From Myxococcota bacterium (GTDB lineage Bacteria; Myxococcota_A; UBA796; SXON01), in assembly GCA_040386535.1 (NCBI GenBank), contig JAZKFH010000041.1, positions 1 to 47,700 of the forward strand: 47,700 nucleotides of DNA, read 5' to 3'. Both the position numbers and the translations under genes were made by a program. Shown here one piece after another: positions 1-9,167 of this stretch (position 1 is the stretch's first letter; the number at the start of each line of letters is the position of its first letter). Below the pieces are notes generated by a model. It was not told the DNA's origin. It saw only the letters and a list, made by a program, of their open reading frames with translations, and made no database searches.

Positions 1-186
<186 letters not shown>

Positions 187-228
187 CACCCCACCGTACC
201 CCGACGTGAGCGCGACGCGCTCGCGGTT

Positions 229-609
229 CTACGAACCCGTCACCGGCACGAGCGCGTACCGCCCGTAGGCGACGAACGACGCCATCACCAACATGACGAC
301 GCTGAAGACGAGGGGGTTTTCCGCGGTCAGCGCCGTCGAGTAGCGCGCGTAGAGCACGGAGAGCGCCAACGTCTCCACCACCAGCACGGCGGCGGCCAGC
401 GGGGTCAACACCGGCATCCACTTCATCGCGGCCGGGACGATCAACAGGATGCCGCACGCCATCTCGAGCACGCCGAGCGCGCGCCACCCCGCGTGCGGGA
501 GCGCCGGAAACTGTGCCGCGACGGCGGCGAATTGGAACGCCTTGAAATAGCCGCCCGCGACGCAGAGAAGGGCGAGCACGGCCTGCACGACCCACAACAG
601 GATGTTCAT
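229..609 (-). CDS. DoxX-like membrane protein
   Basis: MNILLWVVQAVLALL...GGYFK...GVLEMACGILLIVP...LTPLAAA: typical DoxX_2 pattern with 4 TM segments; GAGGAG upstream. Confidence 0.8.
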   Translation of the reverse strand: MNILLWVVQAVLALLCVAGGYFKAFQFAAVAAQFPALPHAGWRALGVLEMACGILLIVPAAMKWMPVLTPLAAAVLVVETLALSVLYARYSTALTAENPLVFSVVMLVMASFVAYGRYALVPVTGS

Positions 610-680
610 CGGTGAAATCTCCTCGATCGGCGCCCGGCTGCATCGAGACGCTCGATGCGGTCCGCCGGGGCACAATCGAC

Positions 681-709
681 TTGACGAAGCATAAGTGAGC
701 GCCTATTGG
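681..709 (+). promoter_or_regulatory. Putative sigma70 promoter with overlapping imperfect palindrome (ArsR operator candidate)
   Basis: TTGACG (681-686), 17 bp, then TATTGG (704-709), 6 nt before ATG 716. Imperfect inverted repeat ATAAGTGAGCGCCTAT at 691-706. Confidence 0.45.
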
Positions 710-715
710 TTGTCC

Positions 716-1045
716 ATGCAGAGCGCGGCCGTCGTCGAGAACAAGGTCTTCCAGGCGCTGGCGGATCCCAGCCGCCGGGCGATCTTCGAGTCGCTCACGC
801 GGGGCGAAGCGGCCGTGAAGGATCTGACCGCGCGCTTCGACATCTCGCAGCCCGCGGTCTCGCAGCACCTCGCCATGTTGAAGGACGCGGGCCTGGTGCA
901 CGGCCGGCGCGAGGGGCGCTGCGTCTACTACCGGGTGGAGCCGCGCGGGATGAAGCCGCTCCTCGACTGGATCGCGCACTACCGCGCGTTCTGGACGGAC
1001 CACGTCGACCGCCTCGAACAGCTCCTGGAGAAGATGGACGAATGA
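716..1045 (+). CDS. ArsR/SmtB family transcriptional regulator
   Basis: FQALADPSRRAI...ISQPAVSQHLAMLKDAGLV...REGR..YY winged-HTH signature. Confidence 0.93.
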   Translation: MQSAAVVENKVFQALADPSRRAIFESLTRGEAAVKDLTARFDISQPAVSQHLAMLKDAGLVHGRREGRCVYYRVEPRGMKPLLDWIAHYRAFWTDHVDRLEQLLEKMDE

Positions 1046-1491
1046 GTGTCACCGACAAGACCGAACCCTCGCAGACCCAGACCATCTCGTTGGACTTCGA
1101 CCTGCGTCATGCGCCGGAGAAGGTGTGGCGCGCCCTCACCGACCCGGTCCTGCTCGCCGAGTGGCTGCTGCCCGTCGTCGATCTGAAGCTCGCGCCGGGG
1201 GCGGCGTTCGCGTTCAAGACGCAGCCGTTTCCGGGGTGGGACGGCACCGTGAACTGCCGGATGCTCGAGATCGAGCCGCTTCGCAAGCTCAGCTACACGT
1301 GGGTCGTCGGCGACATGGAGCTCGACACGGTCGTGTCGTTCACGCTCACGCCCACGTCGTCGGGCACGCGCATGTCGCTGGTGCAGTCGGGCTTCAAGCC
1401 GAACCAGAAGCAGAACTTCGGCGGTGCACGGTACGGCCTCAAGATGATGGGCGAGAAGCTCGTCGCCCTGCTCGACAGGAGCGCGCAATGA
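1042..1491 (+). CDS. SRPBCC/AHSA1 domain protein
   Basis: APEKVWRALTDPVLLAEWL...EIEPLRKLSYTW...VSFTLTP...GTRM; ATGA overlap with the ArsR gene. Confidence 0.9.
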   Translation: MSVTDKTEPSQTQTISLDFDLRHAPEKVWRALTDPVLLAEWLLPVVDLKLAPGAAFAFKTQPFPGWDGTVNCRMLEIEPLRKLSYTWVVGDMELDTVVSFTLTPTSSGTRMSLVQSGFKPNQKQNFGGARYGLKMMGEKLVALLDRSAQ

Positions 1492-1940
1492 AGGCCAAAC
1501 GAGACGCGAAGGCCGGGCCCGGCGCGCCCGGCGAGAAGGGCGTGGTCCTCCTCTCGGGCGGCAACCCCCAGATCGCGAAGGGGGACGGCGACGCCCCGGT
1601 GCAGGCGTACATCGCCGCGATGCCGGGGTGGAAGAGCGAGATGGGGAAGCGCCTCGACGCGCTCATCGTCCGGACCGTCCCCGACGTGCGCAAGGCGGTG
1701 AGGTGGAACTCGCCGTTCTACGGCGTCGAGGGTCAGGGTTGGTTCCTGGGGTTCCACACGTTCACGCGGTACGTGAAGGTGACCTTCTTCCGTGGCACGT
1801 CGCTACGACCGGTCCCGCCGGGCCCCAGCAAGGTGCAGGACACCCGGTACCTCGACATCCACGAGGGCGACCCGCTCGACGAGGCCCAGTTCGTGACGTG
1901 GGTGGAGCAGGCGGCCGCGTTGCCCGGCTGGGTGCCGTAG
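1488..1940 (+). CDS. DUF1801 (YdhG-like) domain protein
   Basis: LLSGGNPQIAKGDGDAPVQAYIAAMPGWK...KAVRWNSPFYG...VKVTFFRG; ATGA overlap. Confidence 0.85.
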   Translation: MKAKRDAKAGPGAPGEKGVVLLSGGNPQIAKGDGDAPVQAYIAAMPGWKSEMGKRLDALIVRTVPDVRKAVRWNSPFYGVEGQGWFLGFHTFTRYVKVTFFRGTSLRPVPPGPSKVQDTRYLDIHEGDPLDEAQFVTWVEQAAALPGWVP

Positions 1941-1962
1941 GCGATCCGCCCTCACCCGCGCC

Positions 1963-3069
1963 CTATTTCCCGCTGTTCAACAAGGGCACCTCGGGCACCT
2001 CGCCGCCGGCGCCGCTCACCGGGATGCCACAATAGGCGGCGACCGCCGGCCAGATGTCGAGGATCGAGATCGCGAGCGAGGCCAGCAGCGGCCCGAGGAA
2101 GGCACCCGGCACGCCGAGAAAGGCGATGCCGCCGACGATCGCGATGAGGCTCACCAGGGGGTGCATCTCCTCGCGCCCGCGCAGCACCATCGGCCGCACC
2201 ACGTTGTCGATGAGGCCGACCGCGATGCCGATGCCCACCATGATGGCGGCCTTGCCGGGGTGGCCGTTCATGTAGAGGTAGCCCACCGCGGAGCCCCACA
2301 CCGGCACGGTGCCGACGGTGGGGATCCAGGCGAGCACGAACGAGAGGCCGGCGGCCAGGAACGCGGCGGGGACCCCCAGCGCGACGAAGCCGACGAGGAT
2401 GGTGAGGGCTTGCGCGCCCGAGGCGGCGATCGAGGCGAGCACGACCGCGGTCGTGGCGCTGCGAAACGAGGCCACCAGCGTGAGGCGGATCTGCCGGGAG
2501 AGGGGAACCTTCTCCGCGATCCACTTGAAGGCGCGCCGGCCGTCGACCAGGAAGAAGTAGGTGGCGAGCGCCACCAGGACGAGCTGGAGGATCATGTCCG
2601 GCAGCATGCCGAGCTGCGCGAGGACCACGCCGCTGACGGACTGCGCGACGCTGGTCACGGCCTCGCGGAGCTGCACCCGCACCTCTTCAGGGCTGCCGAA
2701 GGCGTCGGTGAACGGCAACGTGCGCTGGACCATCGAGGCGAGCCCGTCTCCCGTGAGCGTCTCGCTCGCCGACACCTGGTCGACCACCACCGCGGCCTGC
2801 CGCACCGCCCCGACGACCAGGAGCGTGATGGGGACGAGCACGAGCACCAACACGCCCAGGGTGACGACGAGCCCCGCCCACACCGGCTTGAGGCGCTTGC
2901 GCAGCCGCGCGTAGAGCGGTTGGCACAGCACCGCCAGGACCGCCCCGCTGGCCAGGCTCACGAGGTACGGCGAGATCATGACGAACAGCGGCACCAGCAC
3001 GAGCAGCGCCAACAGCAGGTACGTCAACAGGGTGGGGCGGCGGTAGTCCGACGCGGGTGCGGAGTCCAT
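1963..3069 (-). CDS. AI-2E family transporter
   Basis: Multi-TM; YFFLVDG, WIPTVGT, IDNVVRP..., HPLVSLIAIVGG...GAFLGP motifs. Confidence 0.92.
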   Translation of the reverse strand: MDSAPASDYRRPTLLTYLLLALLVLVPLFVMISPYLVSLASGAVLAVLCQPLYARLRKRLKPVWAGLVVTLGVLVLVLVPITLLVVGAVRQAAVVVDQVSASETLTGDGLASMVQRTLPFTDAFGSPEEVRVQLREAVTSVAQSVSGVVLAQLGMLPDMILQLVLVALATYFFLVDGRRAFKWIAEKVPLSRQIRLTLVASFRSATTAVVLASIAASGAQALTILVGFVALGVPAAFLAAGLSFVLAWIPTVGTVPVWGSAVGYLYMNGHPGKAAIMVGIGIAVGLIDNVVRPMVLRGREEMHPLVSLIAIVGGIAFLGVPGAFLGPLLASLAISILDIWPAVAAYCGIPVSGAGGEVPEVPLLNSGK

Positions 3070-3275
3070 GGGCGCGAGGCTCTGGTTGGCGCCTCCCTAC
3101 GCCAGAGGCCGCGCTCCGTCCGCTCCCCACGACCGAATGCGCGCAAACGCGACCGTTCGCCATGGAACGTATCCGCCCATGGATACGAAACCGTATAGGT
3201 CGAGGCCGCGCGGGACCGCCCGCTTCGCGCTCCCGGATGTAATCTGGGGGCGACACCTCACACCGGACCCTCGCC

Positions 3276-4484
3276 ATGCGCACCCTCGCCCTGCTCCTGC
3301 TCGCGGCCTGCGACGACACCATCTTCCCCGCGCCGACCCACGGCGGCGGCGGCGAGGTGGGCGAGGGATACTGCGGCGTGCAGACGATCTTCGCGTCGCA
3401 ATGTGTGGCCTGTCACAGCACGGGGGGCCGCGCGGGCGGCCTGGACCTGGAGACATCGGCCCACAGTGCGCTCGTGGGCGTCTCCAGCGCGTTGTACCCC
3501 GACCGGACCCTGGTGGTGCCGGGCGCCCCCGACGCGTCGTTCCTGTACGCCAAGGTCACGGGCGCCGCCGCCGCGTCGGAGGGCACCCCCATGCCGCCCT
3601 CCGCCGGCCTGTCCGCGGAAGACGCCGCCGTGCTCCGCGCCTGGATCGCGGATGGCGCGAGCGAGGCGTGCACCGATGTCATCGATCCGAGCGACGGGCA
3701 CCACCCCCCGGGGTGGGAGGCGCCCGACGTGCACGGCATGGCGGCCAAGCACCAGGACCAGACCTGCGTGATGTGTCATGGCCCCGACCTCGCGGGCGGC
3801 GACGTCGGCGTGTCGTGTGACACGTGTCACGAGGACGGGGGCCCGGGAACGGCGTGGCGCACCGACTGCACCTTCTGCCACGGCGGTGTCGACAATCTCA
3901 CGGGCGCGCCCCCCGAGGGCATCTCCGACGAGACGGACGCGGCGGACACGAGTTTTCCGGTGCACACCACCCACGTGCAGGACACGTCGTTCAAGTCGGC
4001 GTTCGATTGTGTGCAGTGCCATGTCAAGCCCACCGACGTGCTCTCCTCCGGCCACGTGTTCCTCGGGGACACGACCCCCGGCGTCGCCGATCTGAGCTTC
4101 GTCGCCGGCCTCTCCCCGGCCGCGGAGTGGGAGCGCGGCACCTGCTCCAACCTCTATTGCCACGGAAACGGCCGCTCGGATAACGGCTCCGTCAGCGTCG
4201 ACTCCACCGTGCGCTGCGGCTCCTGCCACGCCGTGCAGGCGAGCGGCGAGGACGCGTGGGAGCGCCTCTCCGCGCCCCACGAGGACCACCTCGAAGAGGG
4301 CGTCACGTGCAACGAGTGCCACGGCGAGGTGGTGAGCGCCGGCGATGTCATCGCCCACCCGGAGCTCCACGTGAACGGCAGCGTCAGCGTCCGCCTCCCC
4401 TCGGGGATGACCCGCGCGTCCGAGACGTGCACCGGGAGCTGCCACGGCGAGAGCCATGGGGGGCGGCGGTGGGAGGATGACTGA
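3276..4484 (+). CDS. Multiheme c-type cytochrome lipoprotein with CxxxxCH/CxxCH domain
   Basis: LAAC lipobox; 7 CxxCH (CVACH, CVMCH, CDTCH, CTFCH, CVQCH, CGSCH, CNECH) plus CSNLYCH and CTGSCH. Confidence 0.9.
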   Translation: MRTLALLLLAACDDTIFPAPTHGGGGEVGEGYCGVQTIFASQCVACHSTGGRAGGLDLETSAHSALVGVSSALYPDRTLVVPGAPDASFLYAKVTGAAAASEGTPMPPSAGLSAEDAAVLRAWIADGASEACTDVIDPSDGHHPPGWEAPDVHGMAAKHQDQTCVMCHGPDLAGGDVGVSCDTCHEDGGPGTAWRTDCTFCHGGVDNLTGAPPEGISDETDAADTSFPVHTTHVQDTSFKSAFDCVQCHVKPTDVLSSGHVFLGDTTPGVADLSFVAGLSPAAEWERGTCSNLYCHGNGRSDNGSVSVDSTVRCGSCHAVQASGEDAWERLSAPHEDHLEEGVTCNECHGEVVSAGDVIAHPELHVNGSVSVRLPSGMTRASETCTGSCHGESHGGRRWEDD

Positions 4485-4505
4485 CCCGCGCCGAGCGGCT
4501 CCGCG

Positions 4506-5213
4506 TCAGTCCGCGAGCGTAGGATCGTCGTAGCCGGCGCTGCCGTCGCCATCCCGATCGTCGTGCAGGCTCATCACCTCCTCCACGCGCGCCTCGAAGG
4601 CCTCGAGGAGCCCGCTCTCGTAGTCCTCGTCGATGCGCAGGACGCCGTCGCCGCCGGGCGTGCCGCTGTCGAGATCGATGTCCGCGAGCCACACGCCGAG
4701 GTCGAACGCGAGCACGAGGCGATCGGTGCCGGTGTCGAGGGGGAAGGGGGCGCCGCTGCTGCGCAGATCGACCTCGAAGCGCTCGCGGGAGCGGATCACG
4801 AAGGGGGTGTGGTCCACGCGCCGCCCCTCGATGTACACGGCGTGGTCGTCCATCCCGGCGGGGAGGCCGTCGGGAGCGCCATCCGCACGGTCCATCCGCA
4901 CGCGGAGGCGGCAGTAGTCGCCGGTGGCCGCGGGGATGTCGACGACGAACGGCTCGGCGGCGAGCAGGTCGATGGCGAAGGGGCCCTCGGCGTCGAATTC
5001 GACCTCGCCCGGGGCGTCGCACGCGTCGCCTTGCACCAGCCGCACGTCGTCGAGGACGGTGTAGGCGGCGTCGATGGTGACCGACGGCACGTGGTCGATG
5101 GTCACGCGCTCGTCGGAGGAGGCGCCGCTCACCGCCATGTGCACGTCGAGCTCGGGGTTGCCGGTCTCGGTCACGCAGCCGACGAGGAGGAGCAGGGGGA
5201 GCGAGCGGATCAC
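4506..5213 (-). CDS. Acidic lipoprotein of unknown function
   Basis: GTG 5213 overlaps the upstream stop (GTGA); MIRSLPLLLLVGC-VTETGNPE lipobox; corresponds to the C-terminal 235 aa of ORF 4506..6152. Confidence 0.8.
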   Translation of the reverse strand: MIRSLPLLLLVGCVTETGNPELDVHMAVSGASSDERVTIDHVPSVTIDAAYTVLDDVRLVQGDACDAPGEVEFDAEGPFAIDLLAAEPFVVDIPAATGDYCRLRVRMDRADGAPDGLPAGMDDHAVYIEGRRVDHTPFVIRSRERFEVDLRSSGAPFPLDTGTDRLVLAFDLGVWLADIDLDSGTPGGDGVLRIDEDYESGLLEAFEARVEEVMSLHDDRDGDGSAGYDDPTLAD

Positions 5214-6088
5214 GGCTTGTCCTGGGTCCCGGCCTCGGCGGCGCGGGAGGTCGAGAGCGGAAAGAGCTGCATGTTGAGCTGGATCACCTGATCGCCGTCG
5301 GTCTCCTCGCTCGCGAGGGCGATGAGCTCCTGGCGGAACGTCCGGATGCGCGCCTTGATCTCGGCGAGGTGGCCCGCGCCCACGCAGAAGGTGACCGAGG
5401 TGATGTCGCGCGAGGCCGCGGGCACCAGATCGATCGCGGCGGCGGCGCGCCCCATCATCGCGCGGTGGTAGTTCCCGATGTGCAGCCCGCGGGTCTCGGG
5501 CCCCGTCGTGAGCACCGCCGTGGTCTGAACGAGGCACCCGTCGGCGTCCCAGGAGAGCAGGCCGAGCGCGAGCAGCGTGTCGAGCGCCTGTTGGGCCTCC
5601 TGCTTGCGCACGGGCGGCATCATCCTCGCCGCAATCCACTCCGGGTCGGCCCGGAAATCGCGCCGCAGCGCCAGCTCGCGGATGGCCGGCACGTACCAGT
5701 TCGCGTGGTACGCGGCGTGCGCCAGCTCCAGGCGCTGGGCGTGCCGATAGCCGCGAAACGTCGCGAGGCGCTGGTAGATGGCGTTCTTGTCGGCGCTGGT
5801 GCGCGCGCGGGTGAACGCGGCGAGGTCGACGAAGTAGGCGGCCGCGTTGCCCTCGAGCCCGAGCGCCTTGGCGTAGCGCTCGGCCATCTCGGGCGTCAGG
5901 TCGCGCTCGCCGTCCATCACCCGCTTGAGGTGGTTCGGGCTCCGCAGCCCGGCGCGCATCGAGAACGCCCGGTAGGAGAACGGCTTTCCCGCGGCGTTCC
6001 GCGCCTCGTACGTGTCCCGGAGGAACACGCGCACGTCGAGGTAGTCGAAGACCACCACCGGGGCGCGCGGGGGGCTGCTCGGTTCCAT
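5210..6088 (-). CDS. TIGR02147 family protein (DUF4423; putative HTH regulator)
   Basis: FDYLDVRVFL...FSYRAFS..AGLRSPNHLKRVMDGERDL, WYVPAIREL and C-terminal QLNMQLFPLS. Confidence 0.88.
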   Translation of the reverse strand: MEPSSPPRAPVVVFDYLDVRVFLRDTYEARNAAGKPFSYRAFSMRAGLRSPNHLKRVMDGERDLTPEMAERYAKALGLEGNAAAYFVDLAAFTRARTSADKNAIYQRLATFRGYRHAQRLELAHAAYHANWYVPAIRELALRRDFRADPEWIAARMMPPVRKQEAQQALDTLLALGLLSWDADGCLVQTTAVLTTGPETRGLHIGNYHRAMMGRAAAAIDLVPAASRDITSVTFCVGAGHLAEIKARIRTFRQELIALASEETDGDQVIQLNMQLFPLSTSRAAEAGTQDKP

Positions 6089-6318
6089 GGGGCCAGGATG
6101 CCTCGGGTCGGGGGGTGTCCGCTACCCTGCTCGGGGGCTCGGGGGCGCGCATTCGGATACGGCGGCGCCTGGGCGTGCCCTCCAGGATGTCGGTGAAGCG
6201 GGCTTTGTTCGGATTTTGATTCCGGCTGCGGGTGCTGTGGTGGCGCGCGTCCCGGATACGCCGGCGGACGGCCCCCCGGGGGGCGCGCGGTCGCCGTCGG
6301 GCAGGCTATGCTCCTCCG

Positions 6319-7899
6319 GTGTCCACCCCCGTGACCCGACTCCCCCGGCGGTACAACGCGGCGGTCGACTTCGTCGAGCGGCACCTCGTCGAGGGCCGCG
6401 GCGCCCACGTCGCCTACGTCGATCACGCCGGCGAGACGACCTACGCGCAGCTCGCTGACCGCGTCGCCCGCATCGCGACGATCGTGCGCGCGCTCGGCGT
6501 CGCCCCCGAGCAGCGCGTGCTCCTCTGCCTGCACGACACCGCCGACTTCCCGGCCGTGTTCTTCGGCGCCATCCGCGCGGGCGTGGTGCCCGTGCCCGTC
6601 AACACGCTGCTGACCGCCGCCGACTACGCGTATTTCCTGGCGGACAGCCGCGCGCGCGTGCTGTTCGTCAGCGACGCGCTGCTCCCGAAGCTGGCGCCGG
6701 CGCTGGCGGGCCTCGCGGATCCGCCGCGCGTCGTGGTCGTGGCGTCGCCGATGGCGCCGGGCGGGGATCTCCTGGGCCCCGACAGCCACCCCACGCTCAC
6801 GACGCTCCTCGCCGACGCCGAGCCGCTCGCCCTTGCCGCGGACACCACCGCCGACGACGTCGCCTTCTGGTTGTACTCGTCCGGCTCCACGGGGGCGCCC
6901 AAGGGCGCGATCCACCTCCATTCGCACCTCGCGCACACCGCCGAGCTCTACGGCCGCGGCGTGCTCGGCATCCACGCGGACGACATCGTCTTCTCCGCGG
7001 CCAAGCTGTTCTTCGCGTACGGCCTCGGCAACGCGATGACCTTCCCGCTCTACGTCGGCGCCACCGCCGTGTTGCTCGCCGATCGGCCCACGCCCGCCGC
7101 GGTCATGCGCGTGCTCGAGGCGCACCAGCCGACGATCTTCTGCGGCGTGCCCACCTTGTTCGCCTCCATGCTCGCGGACGCGTCGATCGCGGACGCGCGC
7201 GGCTCGGCCCGCTTGCGCGCGAGCATCTCCGCGGGCGAGGCGCTGCCCAGGCACACCGGCGAGCGCTGGCGTGCACGCTTCGGCACCGACGTCCTCGACG
7301 GCATCGGCTCCACCGAGCTCCTGCACATCTTCCTCTCCAACCGCCACGATGACGTGCGCTACGGCACCACGGGCAAGCCCGTGCCCGGGTACGACGTGAA
7401 GCTCCTCGACGAGGAGGGGCGCCCGGTCGCCGACGGCGAGGAGGGCGCGTTGTGGGTGAGCGGCCCCTCGTGTTGCGTCGCGTACTGGAACCAGCGCGAG
7501 CGCAGCCTCGCCACCTTCCACGGCCCGTGGATGCGCACCGGCGACCGCTACGTGCGGGACGCCGCGGGCTTGTTCACCTACGTCGGCCGCGGCGACGACA
7601 TGCTCAAGGTCGGCGGCATCTGGGTGTCGCCCTTCGAGGTGGAGAGCGCGCTCTCTGCCCACGCCGCGGTGCTCGAGTGCGCCGTCGTCGGCCACCCTGA
7701 CGGCGACGGCCTCATCAAGCCCCGCGCCTTCGTGGTCCTCGTGGCGGGCCTCGCCGCGTCGGACGCGCTCGTGGCCGAGCTCAAGGCCTTCGTCAAGGCG
7801 ACGCTCGCCCCCTACAAGTACCCGCGGTGGATCGACGTGGTCGACGAATTGCCGAAGACCGCGACGGGGAAGATCCAGCGGTTCAAGTTGCGGGGGTGA
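6319..7899 (+). CDS. Benzoate-CoA ligase family protein
   Basis: YNAAVDFVERH, FWLYSSGSTGAPKG, KLFFAYGLGN, DGIGSTELLHIFLSN, RTGD, LPKTATGKIQRFKLR; start taken at GTG 6319 after TATGCT. Confidence 0.93.
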   Translation: MSTPVTRLPRRYNAAVDFVERHLVEGRGAHVAYVDHAGETTYAQLADRVARIATIVRALGVAPEQRVLLCLHDTADFPAVFFGAIRAGVVPVPVNTLLTAADYAYFLADSRARVLFVSDALLPKLAPALAGLADPPRVVVVASPMAPGGDLLGPDSHPTLTTLLADAEPLALAADTTADDVAFWLYSSGSTGAPKGAIHLHSHLAHTAELYGRGVLGIHADDIVFSAAKLFFAYGLGNAMTFPLYVGATAVLLADRPTPAAVMRVLEAHQPTIFCGVPTLFASMLADASIADARGSARLRASISAGEALPRHTGERWRARFGTDVLDGIGSTELLHIFLSNRHDDVRYGTTGKPVPGYDVKLLDEEGRPVADGEEGALWVSGPSCCVAYWNQRERSLATFHGPWMRTGDRYVRDAAGLFTYVGRGDDMLKVGGIWVSPFEVESALSAHAAVLECAVVGHPDGDGLIKPRAFVVLVAGLAASDALVAELKAFVKATLAPYKYPRWIDVVDELPKTATGKIQRFKLRG

Positions 7900-8145
7900 G
7901 GGGAGGCGGGTTTGGGGGCGCGCGCGGGGGGGGGCGCCATGACCCATGCATGCCGATTTGTTCCTCCGGTGGGACCCATACAATCTAAAAGGTTCCTTCG
8001 GCGAGCGCCGGGCCGTTCGGGCCACGGACCAAACGTCACGTTTCGAGCATGGTGAGGCGGGACCCAAGGCGAATGGAACCATCCAGGTGGCATGGGTCCG
8101 CCCGAGGGAACTTCACGGGGGGCATGCGTGCGGCCGAGGGCACAC

Positions 8146-8274
8146 GGGCGCCCCGGGGCCGCGAGGACGCGGCCCCGTCGGCCCCCTCCAGTCGCGCGGC
8201 GGAGCCGCTTGGTCCCGCCGCGGACGGCGGGGACCGGCCGCCCGAGGCGGCCGACTTCCGGGCGCCTGGCGCGG
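8146..8274. repeat. Dispersed structured intergenic element, copy A
   Basis: GGGCGCCCC...GGACGCGG...GTCGGC...GCGGCGGAGCCGCTTGGTC[stem]GGACCGGCCGCCCGAGGCGGCC...TGGCGCGG, shared with 15510, 23771 and 46551. Confidence 0.7.
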
Positions 8275-8334
8275 CCACGGAGGCGGTGGGTGTCATCCAC
8301 TTCAGTCGGCCGGCCAGCGCCAAGCCCGCCCCGC

Positions 8335-8482
8335 GGACCGCAGTCGAGCGATGCCTTGTCATCGGCCGACTGCGGTCCTCCCAGGCGGACCGCAGTCGAG
8401 AGATGCTCGGTCATCGGCCGACTGCGGTCCTCCCAGGCGGACCGCAGTCGAGAAATGCTCGGTCATCGGCTGACTGCGGTCC
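8335..8482. repeat. Tandem array, 3 x 52 bp, each unit a 44-bp hairpin (REP-like)
   Basis: GGACCGCAGTCG-N20-CGACTGCGGTCC plus TCCCAGGC linker; units start at 8335, 8387 and 8439. Confidence 0.92.
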
Positions 8483-8802
8483 TCCCCGTGAACCAAACTC
8501 GACGCTCTGGCCAGGACCGACTGAAACCGATCACACCCGGAGGTGGTACCTGCTCGCCAGGGGGTGGCTCGGTGGCCGCTGGGCGGTACCTGTCACGTTC
8601 GTCGTGACGCAGCTTACACGTGGCGATCGAGCCGCCGACATCCCCGCGCCAGGGGGGCCGGAGCGGGGCCGTCCGCGGCCCGTCCCGCGCTCGGCGCGGA
8701 CCGAGGCGCCTCGCCGAGCGCGGAGGACACCCGCCCACCCGCGTCCGCGCGGGTGTGGGGCGCCCGATCACTCGCGCCGCGCCACTGCCCGCCTCCGCCC
8801 CG

Positions 8803-9069
8803 TCACTCCCCCCGCAACCGCGACTGGAGCCCCGAGTAACGCCGGGCCTCCGCGAAGAAGCGCCACGTGCCCACCACCAGGAGCCCGCTGCCGAACACGA
8901 CGCCGACCAGGCCCAGCGCGCGGTCGGCCGGGCTGGTGGGGAAGAGGCGCCACAAGGTCGCCCCGGCGGCCGCGAAGCCGAGCGCGGTGCGGAGGTAGGC
9001 CAACAACGTGCGCTCGTTGGCGAGGCGGGTGCGGTCGAGGGCGAGCTGGTCGGCCAGGGAGGCGGGCAT
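8803..9069 (-). CDS. DUF202 (YidH-like) membrane protein
   Basis: LALDRTRLANERTLLAYLRTAL signature followed by 2 TM segments. Confidence 0.88.
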   Translation of the reverse strand: MPASLADQLALDRTRLANERTLLAYLRTALGFAAAGATLWRLFPTSPADRALGLVGVVFGSGLLVVGTWRFFAEARRYSGLQSRLRGE

Positions 9070-9167
9070 GCGCGCCGAGTAGCCCGGCGTGGCGCCACTC
9101 GGCCGGGCGGAACGCGCGAAAGTGCCGGGAGGCGTAGCTATAGCAGGAGTGTACGTCAGGCTGCGCC

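Noticed and set aside
5917..8082. Long antisense ORFs (also 11930..13531, 20463..23969, 26126..28288, 30446..32377 and others)
   Set aside because: Typical high-GC shadow ORFs opposite well-supported genes, with no motifs.
8335..8482. Palindromic array as a mini-CRISPR
   Set aside because: The intervening sequences are near-identical rather than unique spacers.
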